Source of the DNA: Candidatus Acidiferrales bacterium
Lineage (GTDB): Bacteria > Patescibacteriota > Microgenomatia > Levybacterales > UBA12049
Assembly: GCA_035533875.1 (NCBI GenBank)
Contig: DATLSZ010000029.1
Coordinates: 31,636-95,635, forward strand
Direction of reading: 5' to 3'
DNA length: 64,000 nt
Below are positions 8,431 through 17,117 of this stretch, piece by piece. The notes under the pieces were generated by a model that had not been told where the DNA came from, searched no databases, and saw nothing but the letters and a program-made list of their open reading frames with translations. Each line of letters starts with the position of its first letter. Position 1 is the stretch's first letter. A program made the translations under genes and the position numbers.

Positions 8431-8526
8431 TAAAGAGAAGATCAAAAGCTGCATCAAAACTATAAGTTTATTTAATAATTAAAGGACATATTCTTCTCGT
8501 CTTAAAAAGACCTACTATAACCGCAT

Positions 8527-8555
8527 TTGACATCCCATAATATTTATACTATAAT
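8527..8555 (+). promoter_or_regulatory. consensus sigma70 promoter TTGACA-N17-TATAAT, 9 nt upstream of the ATG at 8565 (leaderless transcript predicted)
   Basis: Exact consensus hexamers with a 17-nt spacer read in the sequence. The -10 ends 9 nt before the start codon. Confidence 0.55.
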
Positions 8556-8564
8556 ACCTTCATT

Positions 8565-8906
8565 ATGTCAGCAGAATGGCGAGTTACTCGTCCAGAAAAT
8601 GTAGACCCTAGAATCAAAGAAGCAAGGGTAGAAGCGCAACTTAATGAATTTGCGTCTAATAGGCGTGCTTTAGCAACAAGTAGAGGTTTGAAGGCTTGGG
8701 GTTTTGGTACAGCACTTGCTGGAGGAGCAGTTGTTTTAGCTGCTACTGCATTACTACCTTTCGTCCCGGCCGCCGCAGTTACCTATGTTGCTGCATCCGC
8801 AGCAGTAGGTAGTTTTGCATGGCCATTGGGTCTTTTGGTCATGGGCTTTGGTAAAGCAAAAGAATCTGTTAACGGTTTCACAAGAAACAAGCTAGCTAAA
8901 GCCTAA
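8565..8906 (+). CDS. small membrane protein (two TM helices)
   Basis: Hydrophobic Ala/Gly/Leu-rich segments; no other motif recognised. Confidence 0.5.
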   Translation: MSAEWRVTRPENVDPRIKEARVEAQLNEFASNRRALATSRGLKAWGFGTALAGGAVVLAATALLPFVPAAAVTYVAASAAVGSFAWPLGLLVMGFGKAKESVNGFTRNKLAKA

Positions 8907-8917
8907 ACTTTACCACT

Positions 8918-9247
8918 ATGGAACCTTCATATAAAGATCTGCTTTTACAAGTTCTTACGGTAATGGGTTACCGAAACAAAGAGACCTATGCTACGGAATT
9001 TGAAGAGACGAATCATATAGAAGCAGTGACGAACTGTATGGAGATGCTTCCTGTTTCTCTACGAGAAAAAATAAAAACAAAAGAGATTGATGCTGCAGAG
9101 GCTATAAAGAATATCCCTCATGACCTCTATGAAAAGGAATTAACAACAGTATCCACAACCGCGCTTTTTTCATTACTTGATTATATGAGACCAGTGCTTA
9201 CCAATGACCAAAAGCAAGAAATAGTCGATATCATTACCGCTTATTAA
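8918..9247 (+). CDS. hypothetical protein
   Basis: 109-aa ORF lying in the operon between 8565 and 10013. Confidence 0.45.
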   Translation: MEPSYKDLLLQVLTVMGYRNKETYATEFEETNHIEAVTNCMEMLPVSLREKIKTKEIDAAEAIKNIPHDLYEKELTTVSTTALFSLLDYMRPVLTNDQKQEIVDIITAY

Positions 9248-9293
9248 TCTGCATTTCATTGTTTCGGGAGCCTTATCATGTTAATATAGGAGT

Positions 9294-10010
9294 ATGGATC
9301 CGAGTACACCTGCTGCCCAAGACGTGCAGAATCAAACGCCTGCTGATCAGCCTGTAAATCAAGCGCAACAGGCGACATCAGTGCCTCCTGATAATACGGC
9401 ACAACCTGCGTCGCAACCGCCACTACCGAAGCCGCAAGCGCCAAAGCATCAGATATCAGTGGGTAATATAGAAGCAGGATCTTCTGTCGTTGAGGATGGA
9501 GATGAGGATGACGATGACGAAGAATTGATGGTTTCTCCTCAGGAAACCAAGAATCGGATGGTTCTGGGACAGAATGAAGGAGAAGACGAAGATGAGACAG
9601 CCACAGTTGTCGCAGGTCAGCAAGGTGTCGCAGATATCCAGGAAAATGTGGAGTTACAACCTTCAGCGCCCGAATTGTCAGTAACAGGGAGTCCTGAGGT
9701 TGAGAAAGTTATTGAGCGTACTGCAGATCAGGAGAAGCCTGCGATACCGAAAGAAGTGATGGATGCGGGAGTTACCCATTCCGGTCCTGGTGTGATCATG
9801 GTTGAGCAGCAGAATAACTTTGGAGTTACGCAGATGCCGATATCCTATCAGCAGGCAGCTGTGCAGATAAAAAAAACAAAGTTTAAACAGTCCAAGCACT
9901 GGCTTTTGGGAAAGATCATGTATATCTGGAGGAAGCTGCAAACAAAAACAAGTAAGGAGAAAATGCCAGAAGAAGATACGCAAGAAGAAAACAGTATAGT
10001 ATTACCATAA
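9294..10010 (+). CDS. acidic, low-complexity (Q/P/D/E-rich) hypothetical protein
   Basis: Runs of DGDEDDDDEE and a Pro/Gln-rich N-terminus. It stops 3 nt before the next gene. Confidence 0.45.
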   Translation: MDPSTPAAQDVQNQTPADQPVNQAQQATSVPPDNTAQPASQPPLPKPQAPKHQISVGNIEAGSSVVEDGDEDDDDEELMVSPQETKNRMVLGQNEGEDEDETATVVAGQQGVADIQENVELQPSAPELSVTGSPEVEKVIERTADQEKPAIPKEVMDAGVTHSGPGVIMVEQQNNFGVTQMPISYQQAAVQIKKTKFKQSKHWLLGKIMYIWRKLQTKTSKEKMPEEDTQEENSIVLP

Positions 10011-10012
10011 TT

Positions 10013-12394
10013 ATGCAGTTACAATCAATAACATCACAAAATATAACAAGCGTTATTTTATCGGCATTTTTGATTCTCATAGGACTCGTTCTTTTGGCGG
10101 GGCTTTTGTGGGGGCTATTCTTCATTTTTGTTCTTTGGCTTCGCTACCGAAATCGTGAATCCGAATCGCTTAATTCTATTCTCTTGCAGGTAACCGTTCC
10201 AAAAGAAAATGAAATCAAAATCGATGCAGCCGAACAACTTTTTGCAAGTCTTTATGCGCTTTATGGAACGACAAGATTTGAATATTTCAGACATCAGCCG
10301 CACATTTCTTTTGAGATTGTCGGGTTGCCCGGAGACATACGATTTTACGTCAATGTCCCGGCAAAATACCGTGATTTTGTTGAAAAACAAATAAATGGTG
10401 CATATCCTGAAGCGGATATCCTGCCAGTAAATGATCCTGCCGCCAAGCAGCGTGATGGTACAGTGATCGGAACGGAATATAATATTTTTTCAGAGAATGG
10501 CAAAGTCGCCTTCATGTGGATGAATTTGAAAGGAGCAAATTATTTACCGATTAAAACATACAAAGATCTTCCTGTTGACCCGCTAGCACAAATTACTACT
10601 ATTTTGGGGAAGATGAGTGAAGGAGAGGGCGCTGCTATTCAGATACTTATCCAGCCCTCGGGTCCAGAATGGCAAAAAGTAGGTCGTGGGTATATCGGCA
10701 ATGTCAAAAAAAATGAATCAAATCCTGAGAAGGCAAGTTATAAAACCGATGCTAAGGAACTTGAAGCAGTTGAAAACAAACTCAGCAAGCCTGGATTTTA
10801 TACAACGATCAGGGTGGTCGTCTGCTCCAATACACAAGAACAGGCAAATGCACATCTTAATAACATCAGAGGAGCATTCAGTCAATTTAATTATGTAAAT
10901 TCCTTCAAAAAACGCTGGCAATTTTTCAGAGGCTTATTTATGACTGATTTCATTTATCGTTATTTCCCAATGTTCCGAGAGTCATCGGTATTAACTAGTG
11001 AAGAATTAGCTAGTATTTACCATTTTCCCAACAAAAGCATCGGCACACCAGGCATTCACTGGCTTTATTCTAAACGCTATGCTGCGCCATCCACTATTGC
11101 AACATCGGGATTATATCTGGGAAAAAGCACATTCAGAGGATCATCGCGTCCCATTTTTGTCGATCGTGAGGACAGGAGGCGGCATTTCTATATCATCGGA
11201 AAGACCGGTACCGGTAAAACTGAGTTTCTCAAGACGATGATCACACAGGATATTCTCAATGGTGAGGGCTGCGCTGTAATTGACCCGCATGGAGACTTGG
11301 TGGAAGACATTCTTAAGATTATTCCTCCAAAACGTGCTGAAGACGTCATTCTTTTTGATCCTTCAGATTATGATCGCCCGATGGGCTTTAATATGCTGGA
11401 AGCGGAGACTGAGCAGCAGAAGCATTTCGCCGTCAACTCTATCATAGGACTTATGTATAAGTTGTTTGATCCGAACAAAACCGGTATCGTTGGACCGCGG
11501 TTTGAGCATGCCGTCCGAAACGCTATGTTGACCGTCATGTATGAAAAGGGGAGTACCCTTATTGAGGTTATGCGTGTTCTGACTGATCCTACCTATGTAC
11601 AGGAAATGCTGCCGAAAGTTCAGGATCCGATTATTAGGAGATATTGGACGGATCAGATTGCGCAGACATCAGACTTTCATAAATCGGAAGTCTTGGATTA
11701 TATTACATCAAAATTTGGGCGGTTTGTTACGAACAAAATGATCCGTAATATCATCGGTCAGTCGGATAGTGCGTTTTCATTCCGCAAAGTCATGGATGAA
11801 CAAAAGATACTCCTTATCAATCTTTCCAAAGGAATCATCGGTGAAGAAAATTCCAACTTTTTGGGGCTTGTTCTTGTTCCGAAGATCTTGATTGCCGCTA
11901 TGTCACGGCAAGATATGCCAATGAGTGAAAGGAAAGATTTCTTCCTGTATGTCGACGAGTTCCAGAATTTTGCAACTCCTGATTTCGCGCAGATTCTTTC
12001 AGAGGCCCGAAAATACCGGCTTAACTTGATCGTTGCCAATCAGTTCATCGGTCAGATGGAAGAGGAGATCAAAAACGCTATCTTCGGTAACGTCGGTACC
12101 GTTGCCTCATTTCGTGTCGGTGTGACCGACGCAAGTTACCTGCAGCACGAGTTCCAACCAATATTCAGTGAACAGGATTTGATTAATGTTGATAAATTTA
12201 ACGCATATGTGCGGACCATTATCGGAGGAGAAACGGCAGAACCGTTCTCTCTTGACACAACCAAAGATCTCTCAAAAGAAAAATCGATGGAGAATCCGCG
12301 TGTTGCTCAGCTGGTGAAAGAATTATCGCGCTTGAAGTATGGGAAGACTGTGGCAACTGTCGAGGCTGAAATTGCTCAACGGTCACGACTTTAA
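10013..12394 (+). CDS. membrane-anchored FtsK/HerA/TraD-VirD4 superfamily P-loop ATPase (type IV secretion coupling-protein-like)
   Basis: Two N-terminal TM helices, Walker A GKTGTGKT near aa 395 and Walker B YVDEFQNF. The overall layout resembles TrwB/VirD4 with an extra roughly 300-aa N-terminal domain. Confidence 0.6.
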   Translation: MQLQSITSQNITSVILSAFLILIGLVLLAGLLWGLFFIFVLWLRYRNRESESLNSILLQVTVPKENEIKIDAAEQLFASLYALYGTTRFEYFRHQPHISFEIVGLPGDIRFYVNVPAKYRDFVEKQINGAYPEADILPVNDPAAKQRDGTVIGTEYNIFSENGKVAFMWMNLKGANYLPIKTYKDLPVDPLAQITTILGKMSEGEGAAIQILIQPSGPEWQKVGRGYIGNVKKNESNPEKASYKTDAKELEAVENKLSKPGFYTTIRVVVCSNTQEQANAHLNNIRGAFSQFNYVNSFKKRWQFFRGLFMTDFIYRYFPMFRESSVLTSEELASIYHFPNKSIGTPGIHWLYSKRYAAPSTIATSGLYLGKSTFRGSSRPIFVDREDRRRHFYIIGKTGTGKTEFLKTMITQDILNGEGCAVIDPHGDLVEDILKIIPPKRAEDVILFDPSDYDRPMGFNMLEAETEQQKHFAVNSIIGLMYKLFDPNKTGIVGPRFEHAVRNAMLTVMYEKGSTLIEVMRVLTDPTYVQEMLPKVQDPIIRRYWTDQIAQTSDFHKSEVLDYITSKFGRFVTNKMIRNIIGQSDSAFSFRKVMDEQKILLINLSKGIIGEENSNFLGLVLVPKILIAAMSRQDMPMSERKDFFLYVDEFQNFATPDFAQILSEARKYRLNLIVANQFIGQMEEEIKNAIFGNVGTVASFRVGVTDASYLQHEFQPIFSEQDLINVDKFNAYVRTIIGGETAEPFSLDTTKDLSKEKSMENPRVAQLVKELSRLKYGKTVATVEAEIAQRSRL

Positions 12395-12402
12395 ATTTAT
12401 TA

Positions 12403-12469
12403 GGGATAGAGACTAGTGATTTCTACAAGAAAATTAATTAATGCACTAACCACTAGTCTCCCTTTTTAA
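12403..12469 (+). terminator. intrinsic terminator (GAGACTAGTG ... CACTAGTCTC stem plus TTTTT) between convergent genes
   Basis: A 10-12 bp inverted repeat at 12403-12418 and 12451-12462, followed by a T-run at 12463-12467. Confidence 0.6.
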
Positions 12470-12636
12470 ATCCCAACATGCGGGAAAAAAGCCCACTTGA
12501 GAAGTACTACGATAAATACCAACGTTAAGAAAAAGATGCTCAGTCCAATAGGTGAGTCCCAACTGTACCACTTGCTCATATTTTCAAGAGATTTCATTTT
12601 TGCTAACTGTTCAAAATGTTTGTCGTCTATATTCAT
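12466..12636 (-). CDS. small (56-aa) single-TM protein with strong RBS
   Basis: TAAGGAGGTGATCTCT-ATG on the minus strand. The ATG at 12636 lies 8 nt after the GGAGGTGA Shine-Dalgarno, which overlaps the stop codon of the upstream gene. Confidence 0.45.
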   Translation of the reverse strand: MNIDDKHFEQLAKMKSLENMSKWYSWDSPIGLSIFFLTLVFIVVLLKWAFFPHVGI

Positions 12637-12649
12637 AGAGATCACCTCC

Positions 12650-13159
12650 TTAGATATCCAGATATTCGACTGGATTTTCAAAACGGGTTTCCAAATCTTC
12701 TAACGTAGAAAAGAGCGATTTCGGTAATTTCTTTTCAAGAGAGGAAAGATTTTCTCCGACAATAAGTTCTGTACCGTTTGTCTGCTCGAGGTAATCAGCG
12801 TTTTTGGACCATTCTTTAGGATTTGTTAACAATGTTGCTTTTGCAGATTGATGTAATAATATTGCCCAGTTCTCTTTTTGAGTACGATAGATTTTAGCAT
12901 CCATTAGCCACACTTTATCATCCGAAAAGCCTGACCATTTACCAACTTCCTGTCCGATAAAGCGTTGTTCCCTTTGAGAATTGCTCTGTCCAATTTTTAC
13001 TGAAATTTCTTTCATGCCCTTTTCTTTTTCTTCATGACGGGATACATATTCTCTGAGTGCTCTGGCAATCACCGAAGATAATGCCTCACCGGCAATTTCT
13101 TTTGCTCGGTTAAAGAGGGATTCGTCTTTGTCGCTTACATAGATTGTCTTATTTCCCAT
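12650..13159 (-). CDS. ribbon-helix-helix-like N-terminal domain protein ending in E-Y-L-D-I (EXLDI-family-like)
   Basis: N-terminus TIYVSDKDESLFNRAKEIAGEALSSVIARALREYV fits an RHH/antitoxin-like fold. The protein ends ...PVEYLDI. Confidence 0.45.
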   Translation of the reverse strand: MGNKTIYVSDKDESLFNRAKEIAGEALSSVIARALREYVSRHEEKEKGMKEISVKIGQSNSQREQRFIGQEVGKWSGFSDDKVWLMDAKIYRTQKENWAILLHQSAKATLLTNPKEWSKNADYLEQTNGTELIVGENLSSLEKKLPKSLFSTLEDLETRFENPVEYLDI

Positions 13160-13241
13160 ATACGTATATTATATATATATGCATATATTTGTCAAGTACT
13201 ATCCTGTTTTAAGGTTTCGTTGAAATTACGTTTGAATATAT

Positions 13242-13478
13242 TTAATAGATTTTCGTCAGGAGAAAGAAGGCGATGAGAAAAGCGGTAAAAATTGCATTTG
13301 CGATACTGACTCTAACCAAAACTTTGATATACTCCGGTGCGTGCAGACCGATTGCTTTTGTAACTCTGATAGTTCTTATAAGATAGAGCCACGTAAGAAG
13401 AATAACAACGATTACTACGAGAAAATAAAAAACAAGTATAAAAGCTTTTATATGAGTTAGTGTAAATAGCATAGTCAT
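13242..13478 (-). CDS. small membrane protein
   Basis: 78 aa with two hydrophobic helices. Confidence 0.4.
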   Translation of the reverse strand: MTMLFTLTHIKAFILVFYFLVVIVVILLTWLYLIRTIRVTKAIGLHAPEYIKVLVRVSIANAIFTAFLIAFFLLTKIY

Positions 13479-13504
13479 AATGGTATTAGTTAGAAAATAA
13501 CCGA

Positions 13505-14143
13505 TTAATAATTTGTTACATTATTTGTGCTATGTTGTTTGAACCATATAGTATTCTGAATCATTTGCGGTTGTTGAGCGCCTCCATCCATTAACTGTTG
13601 TGTTAAGTATGTTGTGAGTTCATGAGACCCTTGAATATCTTTCAGGATAAATTCTTCCTGGTGTGTTGGTCGATCAAAGGTAATAAGGATGTCTCCCATA
13701 TCGATGATTTCATTCATAAAACCACTGCTCACAAGATCAATTTCTGTGCAATTGACTCTGTCCAGCATGACATCATTTGCAATATATGAGGTGAGTGGCG
13801 TATATCGGAGTTCAAGAATTTTTCGGTTGGTTAAGATATACATATGGAAATACCACTCAATAATGACTTTTGTTATAAGGCTTATTGCGATGCTAATGAG
13901 AAGAAGTGTTGTGGTAAAGAAGAGTGAAGAGGAAACAAAGAAATTATTGAACAGTACAAAGGCACTTGAGACAAAAAAGACTGTCAAACAACAAATGACA
14001 ATAATTGGAGTAATAACAACAAAAGGATGTTTTCTTTTGACGAGAAGCAACTGTTCGTCTTTCAGCGTTAGGAAAATATTCCAGTTTCCTCTGGTTATCA
14101 TACCATTTTGCATAAGAAAATTTTTCCTTTCTGGGCTATCCAT
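13505..14143 (-). CDS. membrane-anchored bacterial PH-domain (YdbT/bPH_2-like) protein
   Basis: Two TM helices followed by a soluble domain. The architecture resembles YdbS/YdbT-family proteins. Confidence 0.45.
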   Translation of the reverse strand: MDSPERKNFLMQNGMITRGNWNIFLTLKDEQLLLVKRKHPFVVITPIIVICCLTVFFVSSAFVLFNNFFVSSSLFFTTTLLLISIAISLITKVIIEWYFHMYILTNRKILELRYTPLTSYIANDVMLDRVNCTEIDLVSSGFMNEIIDMGDILITFDRPTHQEEFILKDIQGSHELTTYLTQQLMDGGAQQPQMIQNTIWFKQHSTNNVTNY

Positions 14144-14295
14144 ACGTGACGTGAGAGTATGCTCTTGTTATAAGTTATAAAAGAATAAAATTAAGTGTTT
14201 GAGTATTTAAAGGAGATCTAGCGTAATCTATACGTAGCATATTGGTTAGGAGTGATAAATACATGATAAATCTATAAGAATACCGTAAGAGTAGC

Positions 14296-15237
14296 TTATT
14301 GAGGTAGGATATTACTGAGTGTTTGCTTCAAAGAATCGATCGCAAGAGAGATACTTTCACCAGCGAGTTCAAAGACGCTTCGTTTTTTGCAAACAACGGC
14401 GAGTGCATTTTCATCATCAGCAGATGGGGTAGTAGATAAATTGGTTTGAGGATACATGATCGACTGTGGATTACTATTATGCCCCAAACCAATGGCATGT
14501 CCCATTTCATGCGCGAGAGTATGAATAAGTTCCTGCTGCGAGTTATTAAAGTAGATATCTATTTTTCTATTTGATCCATCGACACTATACAAACCCTCTT
14601 CAGGTTTATATGAGAGTACATTATTATAGCTGTTGACTGTTTGGTTGAGCTGATCAATTTGCTGGTTGTACTGGTCGGTTGACTGATTCAGTTGATCTGC
14701 TTCCTGCTGCAGGTCGACAGACTCATTTTGCAGCGACTGCTGCTTTGCAGTCAGTTGTTTATAGATATCCGGCGGTGCGCCTCCTTTGCTGTTCCAGTAT
14801 TGAATCTCCGCGTTCAAATCGTTACTTTCTTTCTTAAAAGCAGCAACTTTTTGTTCATAATCAGCTATTTTGGGCTTCAGTGCATTTTTTTGCTGTGAAA
14901 CTTGATTGTCCATACTATTAATTTGGGAATCAAGTGATTGACGCTGGTCATATACCATATTGATCGGCATTGAAGCGTTTGGATCGTATTGCATTAGCGC
15001 TATGCCATGACTGTTTTTCCAGACATTGCCTGCTTGTTCGGCATCTTGGATTAATTCGGATTTGGATATATTAAATCTTGGATCGATGGTTCCGATACGG
15101 AACGTTTGCGGCTTATCACAGGGTAAGTAATAGAGAAGGGTATTTGCTTCTTTGGCAATTGCAGCTTCGTTAAAATAACCAAACACAAGTATTCCGATAA
15201 TAATAATTAGTCCTATCAGTTTCTTCATCAATCTCAT
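14296..15237 (-). CDS. secreted matrixin-like (M10) zinc metalloprotease with Q/N-rich coiled-coil insertion
   Basis: Signal peptide, the zinc-binding motif HEMGHAIGLGH, and the Met-turn SIMYP. A roughly 110-aa Q/N-rich heptad region lies between the N-terminal part and the catalytic motif. Confidence 0.7.
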   Translation of the reverse strand: MRLMKKLIGLIIIIGILVFGYFNEAAIAKEANTLLYYLPCDKPQTFRIGTIDPRFNISKSELIQDAEQAGNVWKNSHGIALMQYDPNASMPINMVYDQRQSLDSQINSMDNQVSQQKNALKPKIADYEQKVAAFKKESNDLNAEIQYWNSKGGAPPDIYKQLTAKQQSLQNESVDLQQEADQLNQSTDQYNQQIDQLNQTVNSYNNVLSYKPEEGLYSVDGSNRKIDIYFNNSQQELIHTLAHEMGHAIGLGHNSNPQSIMYPQTNLSTTPSADDENALAVVCKKRSVFELAGESISLAIDSLKQTLSNILPQ

Positions 15238-15347
15238 TCTAGCCTAAGTTTGTTCAAGCCGCAAGAAAGAGTGTAAGAATTAATAAGTATCCTTATAGTG
15301 TTAGTTTTAAGAGACAATAGATGTTTTATATCTGCTAGGATACATAT

Positions 15348-17084
15348 ATGGAGGAGTTTTCTTTTAAGAAATTTTTCTATCCGTTGACATCTGTTAAAGC
15401 AGTTCATTTTATTATCCTCACCGGGCTGATTGTTTATTTCAAGAGTTTATTTAACGGATTTGTGTGGGATGATGCAGATCAAATTGTCAATAATCCGTTG
15501 ATTCTTCATCTGGGTAACATCCCTTATTTTTTTACCCACAGTACGTTTTATACGGGCGGAGCACAGTCTGCGTTATCGGGACTTTATTATCGTCCAACAA
15601 TGATGGTTTTGTTTGCACTAACAGCTTCAATGTGGGGAGTCTCTTCATTTATGTTTCATCTCAATACTATTGTGCTGCATATTGCGAACAGTATCTTAAT
15701 TTATTTTTTTATCAAAAAGCTCCTCGGTGTCAATAAATTAAAATATGCAATTCCTGCATCTTTTTCTGCAGCAATGCTCTATCTTGTCCATCCGGCGAAT
15801 GTAGAAGCAGTGGCGTATGTGTCTGCAACATCGGAATTACTCTACACATTTTTTCTTTTAGTTGCATTGAATGCGACTCTTTCTTTTGGATTCAGTAGTA
15901 AATATTCATTTGCCAAGCTGCTGCTGATATTCATTAGTGTTACTTTGTCGCTTTTTTCAAAAGAATCAGCGCTTTTAACGGTACTTTTTGTCCTTTTCCT
16001 TTCTTTTTTCTTCTTCCGTGGTAAGATAAAGATCCTTCTTATACCCAGTTTGCTTGGTGTTGGTTTGTATAGTTTTTTCCGTTTTATTCTATCACATCTT
16101 TCGGCTCCTCAGAATAATATTGGTTTACCGATTGCAAAAGCACCATTAACACAACGGCTTTTTACGGTGCCGTACGAACTCTTTTCGTATATACGGATTA
16201 TCTTATTCCCCAAAGACCTGCATATATCACAAGCGTATATTGTCACAAATCCTTCATCGGTACAATTTTATCTGCCGTTTTTTGCTGATTTTATTATGCT
16301 GTTCATAGGATTGTATTATTTGATTAGAGCAAAATCCAGACTACTTTATTTTTTTACCCTATGGCTTTGTTTGTCTTTGGGACTCGTTCTCAATATCATT
16401 GTACCCTTAGATTTTACTATTGAGGAGCGGTGGCTCTATGTCCCGCTTATCGGCGTTTTTGGTATTGCTGCTGTTATCTTTTCTAACATTTTCGGCAGCA
16501 AATGGAAGTTTTTAAAACAAATATCAGTTGTAGTTGTGATAATAGCAATCATTTTGTTTTCTCTTCGGACAATGATAAGGATAGGTGACTGGGTTGATTC
16601 ATTGACATTATACCGGCATGATATTGTACTTTCACACGATTCATTTGAGCTATATACCAATTATGGATCGACACTATACAGTGTCGGAGAATTAGCACAG
16701 AGTGAAGATGCCTACCGAAAAGCAATCCAATTGGAGCCAAATGATTTATGGGCACTGAATGATCTCGGATCAATTTATGCCAATCAAGGAGACTATAAAA
16801 AAGCAATGCCGCTTTATCAGAAATCAATGCAAATTGCCCCAACATATGCCTCATATGAAAATCTTGCGGAAATATATTATTTGACCGAAAAACCGTTTCA
16901 AGTGATTCCTGTTCTCAAACAATATCTTCAAGTCTTTCCAAATAGCGCAAAACTTAACCAGCTGACAGCATTGGAATACAGTGCAGTAGGAGAGATAGAT
17001 CTCGCTAAAGCATATGCCCGTAAGTCGGCAGCACTTAATTCTACATCGGATAACGTGACACCCTTACTGCCGCTACTACAATAA
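15348..17084 (+). CDS. TMTC-like polytopic membrane protein with C-terminal TPR repeats (putative protein O-mannosyltransferase-like, DUF1736)
   Basis: Signature NGFVWDDADQIVNNP, 9 or more TM helices, and a C-terminal TPR region (YANQGDYKKAMPLYQKSMQIAP). Confidence 0.7.
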   Translation: MEEFSFKKFFYPLTSVKAVHFIILTGLIVYFKSLFNGFVWDDADQIVNNPLILHLGNIPYFFTHSTFYTGGAQSALSGLYYRPTMMVLFALTASMWGVSSFMFHLNTIVLHIANSILIYFFIKKLLGVNKLKYAIPASFSAAMLYLVHPANVEAVAYVSATSELLYTFFLLVALNATLSFGFSSKYSFAKLLLIFISVTLSLFSKESALLTVLFVLFLSFFFFRGKIKILLIPSLLGVGLYSFFRFILSHLSAPQNNIGLPIAKAPLTQRLFTVPYELFSYIRIILFPKDLHISQAYIVTNPSSVQFYLPFFADFIMLFIGLYYLIRAKSRLLYFFTLWLCLSLGLVLNIIVPLDFTIEERWLYVPLIGVFGIAAVIFSNIFGSKWKFLKQISVVVVIIAIILFSLRTMIRIGDWVDSLTLYRHDIVLSHDSFELYTNYGSTLYSVGELAQSEDAYRKAIQLEPNDLWALNDLGSIYANQGDYKKAMPLYQKSMQIAPTYASYENLAEIYYLTEKPFQVIPVLKQYLQVFPNSAKLNQLTALEYSAVGEIDLAKAYARKSAALNSTSDNVTPLLPLLQ

Positions 17085-17117
17085 TTATGTTGAGAAGATA
17101 TCTGCTAGGATAAAGAT

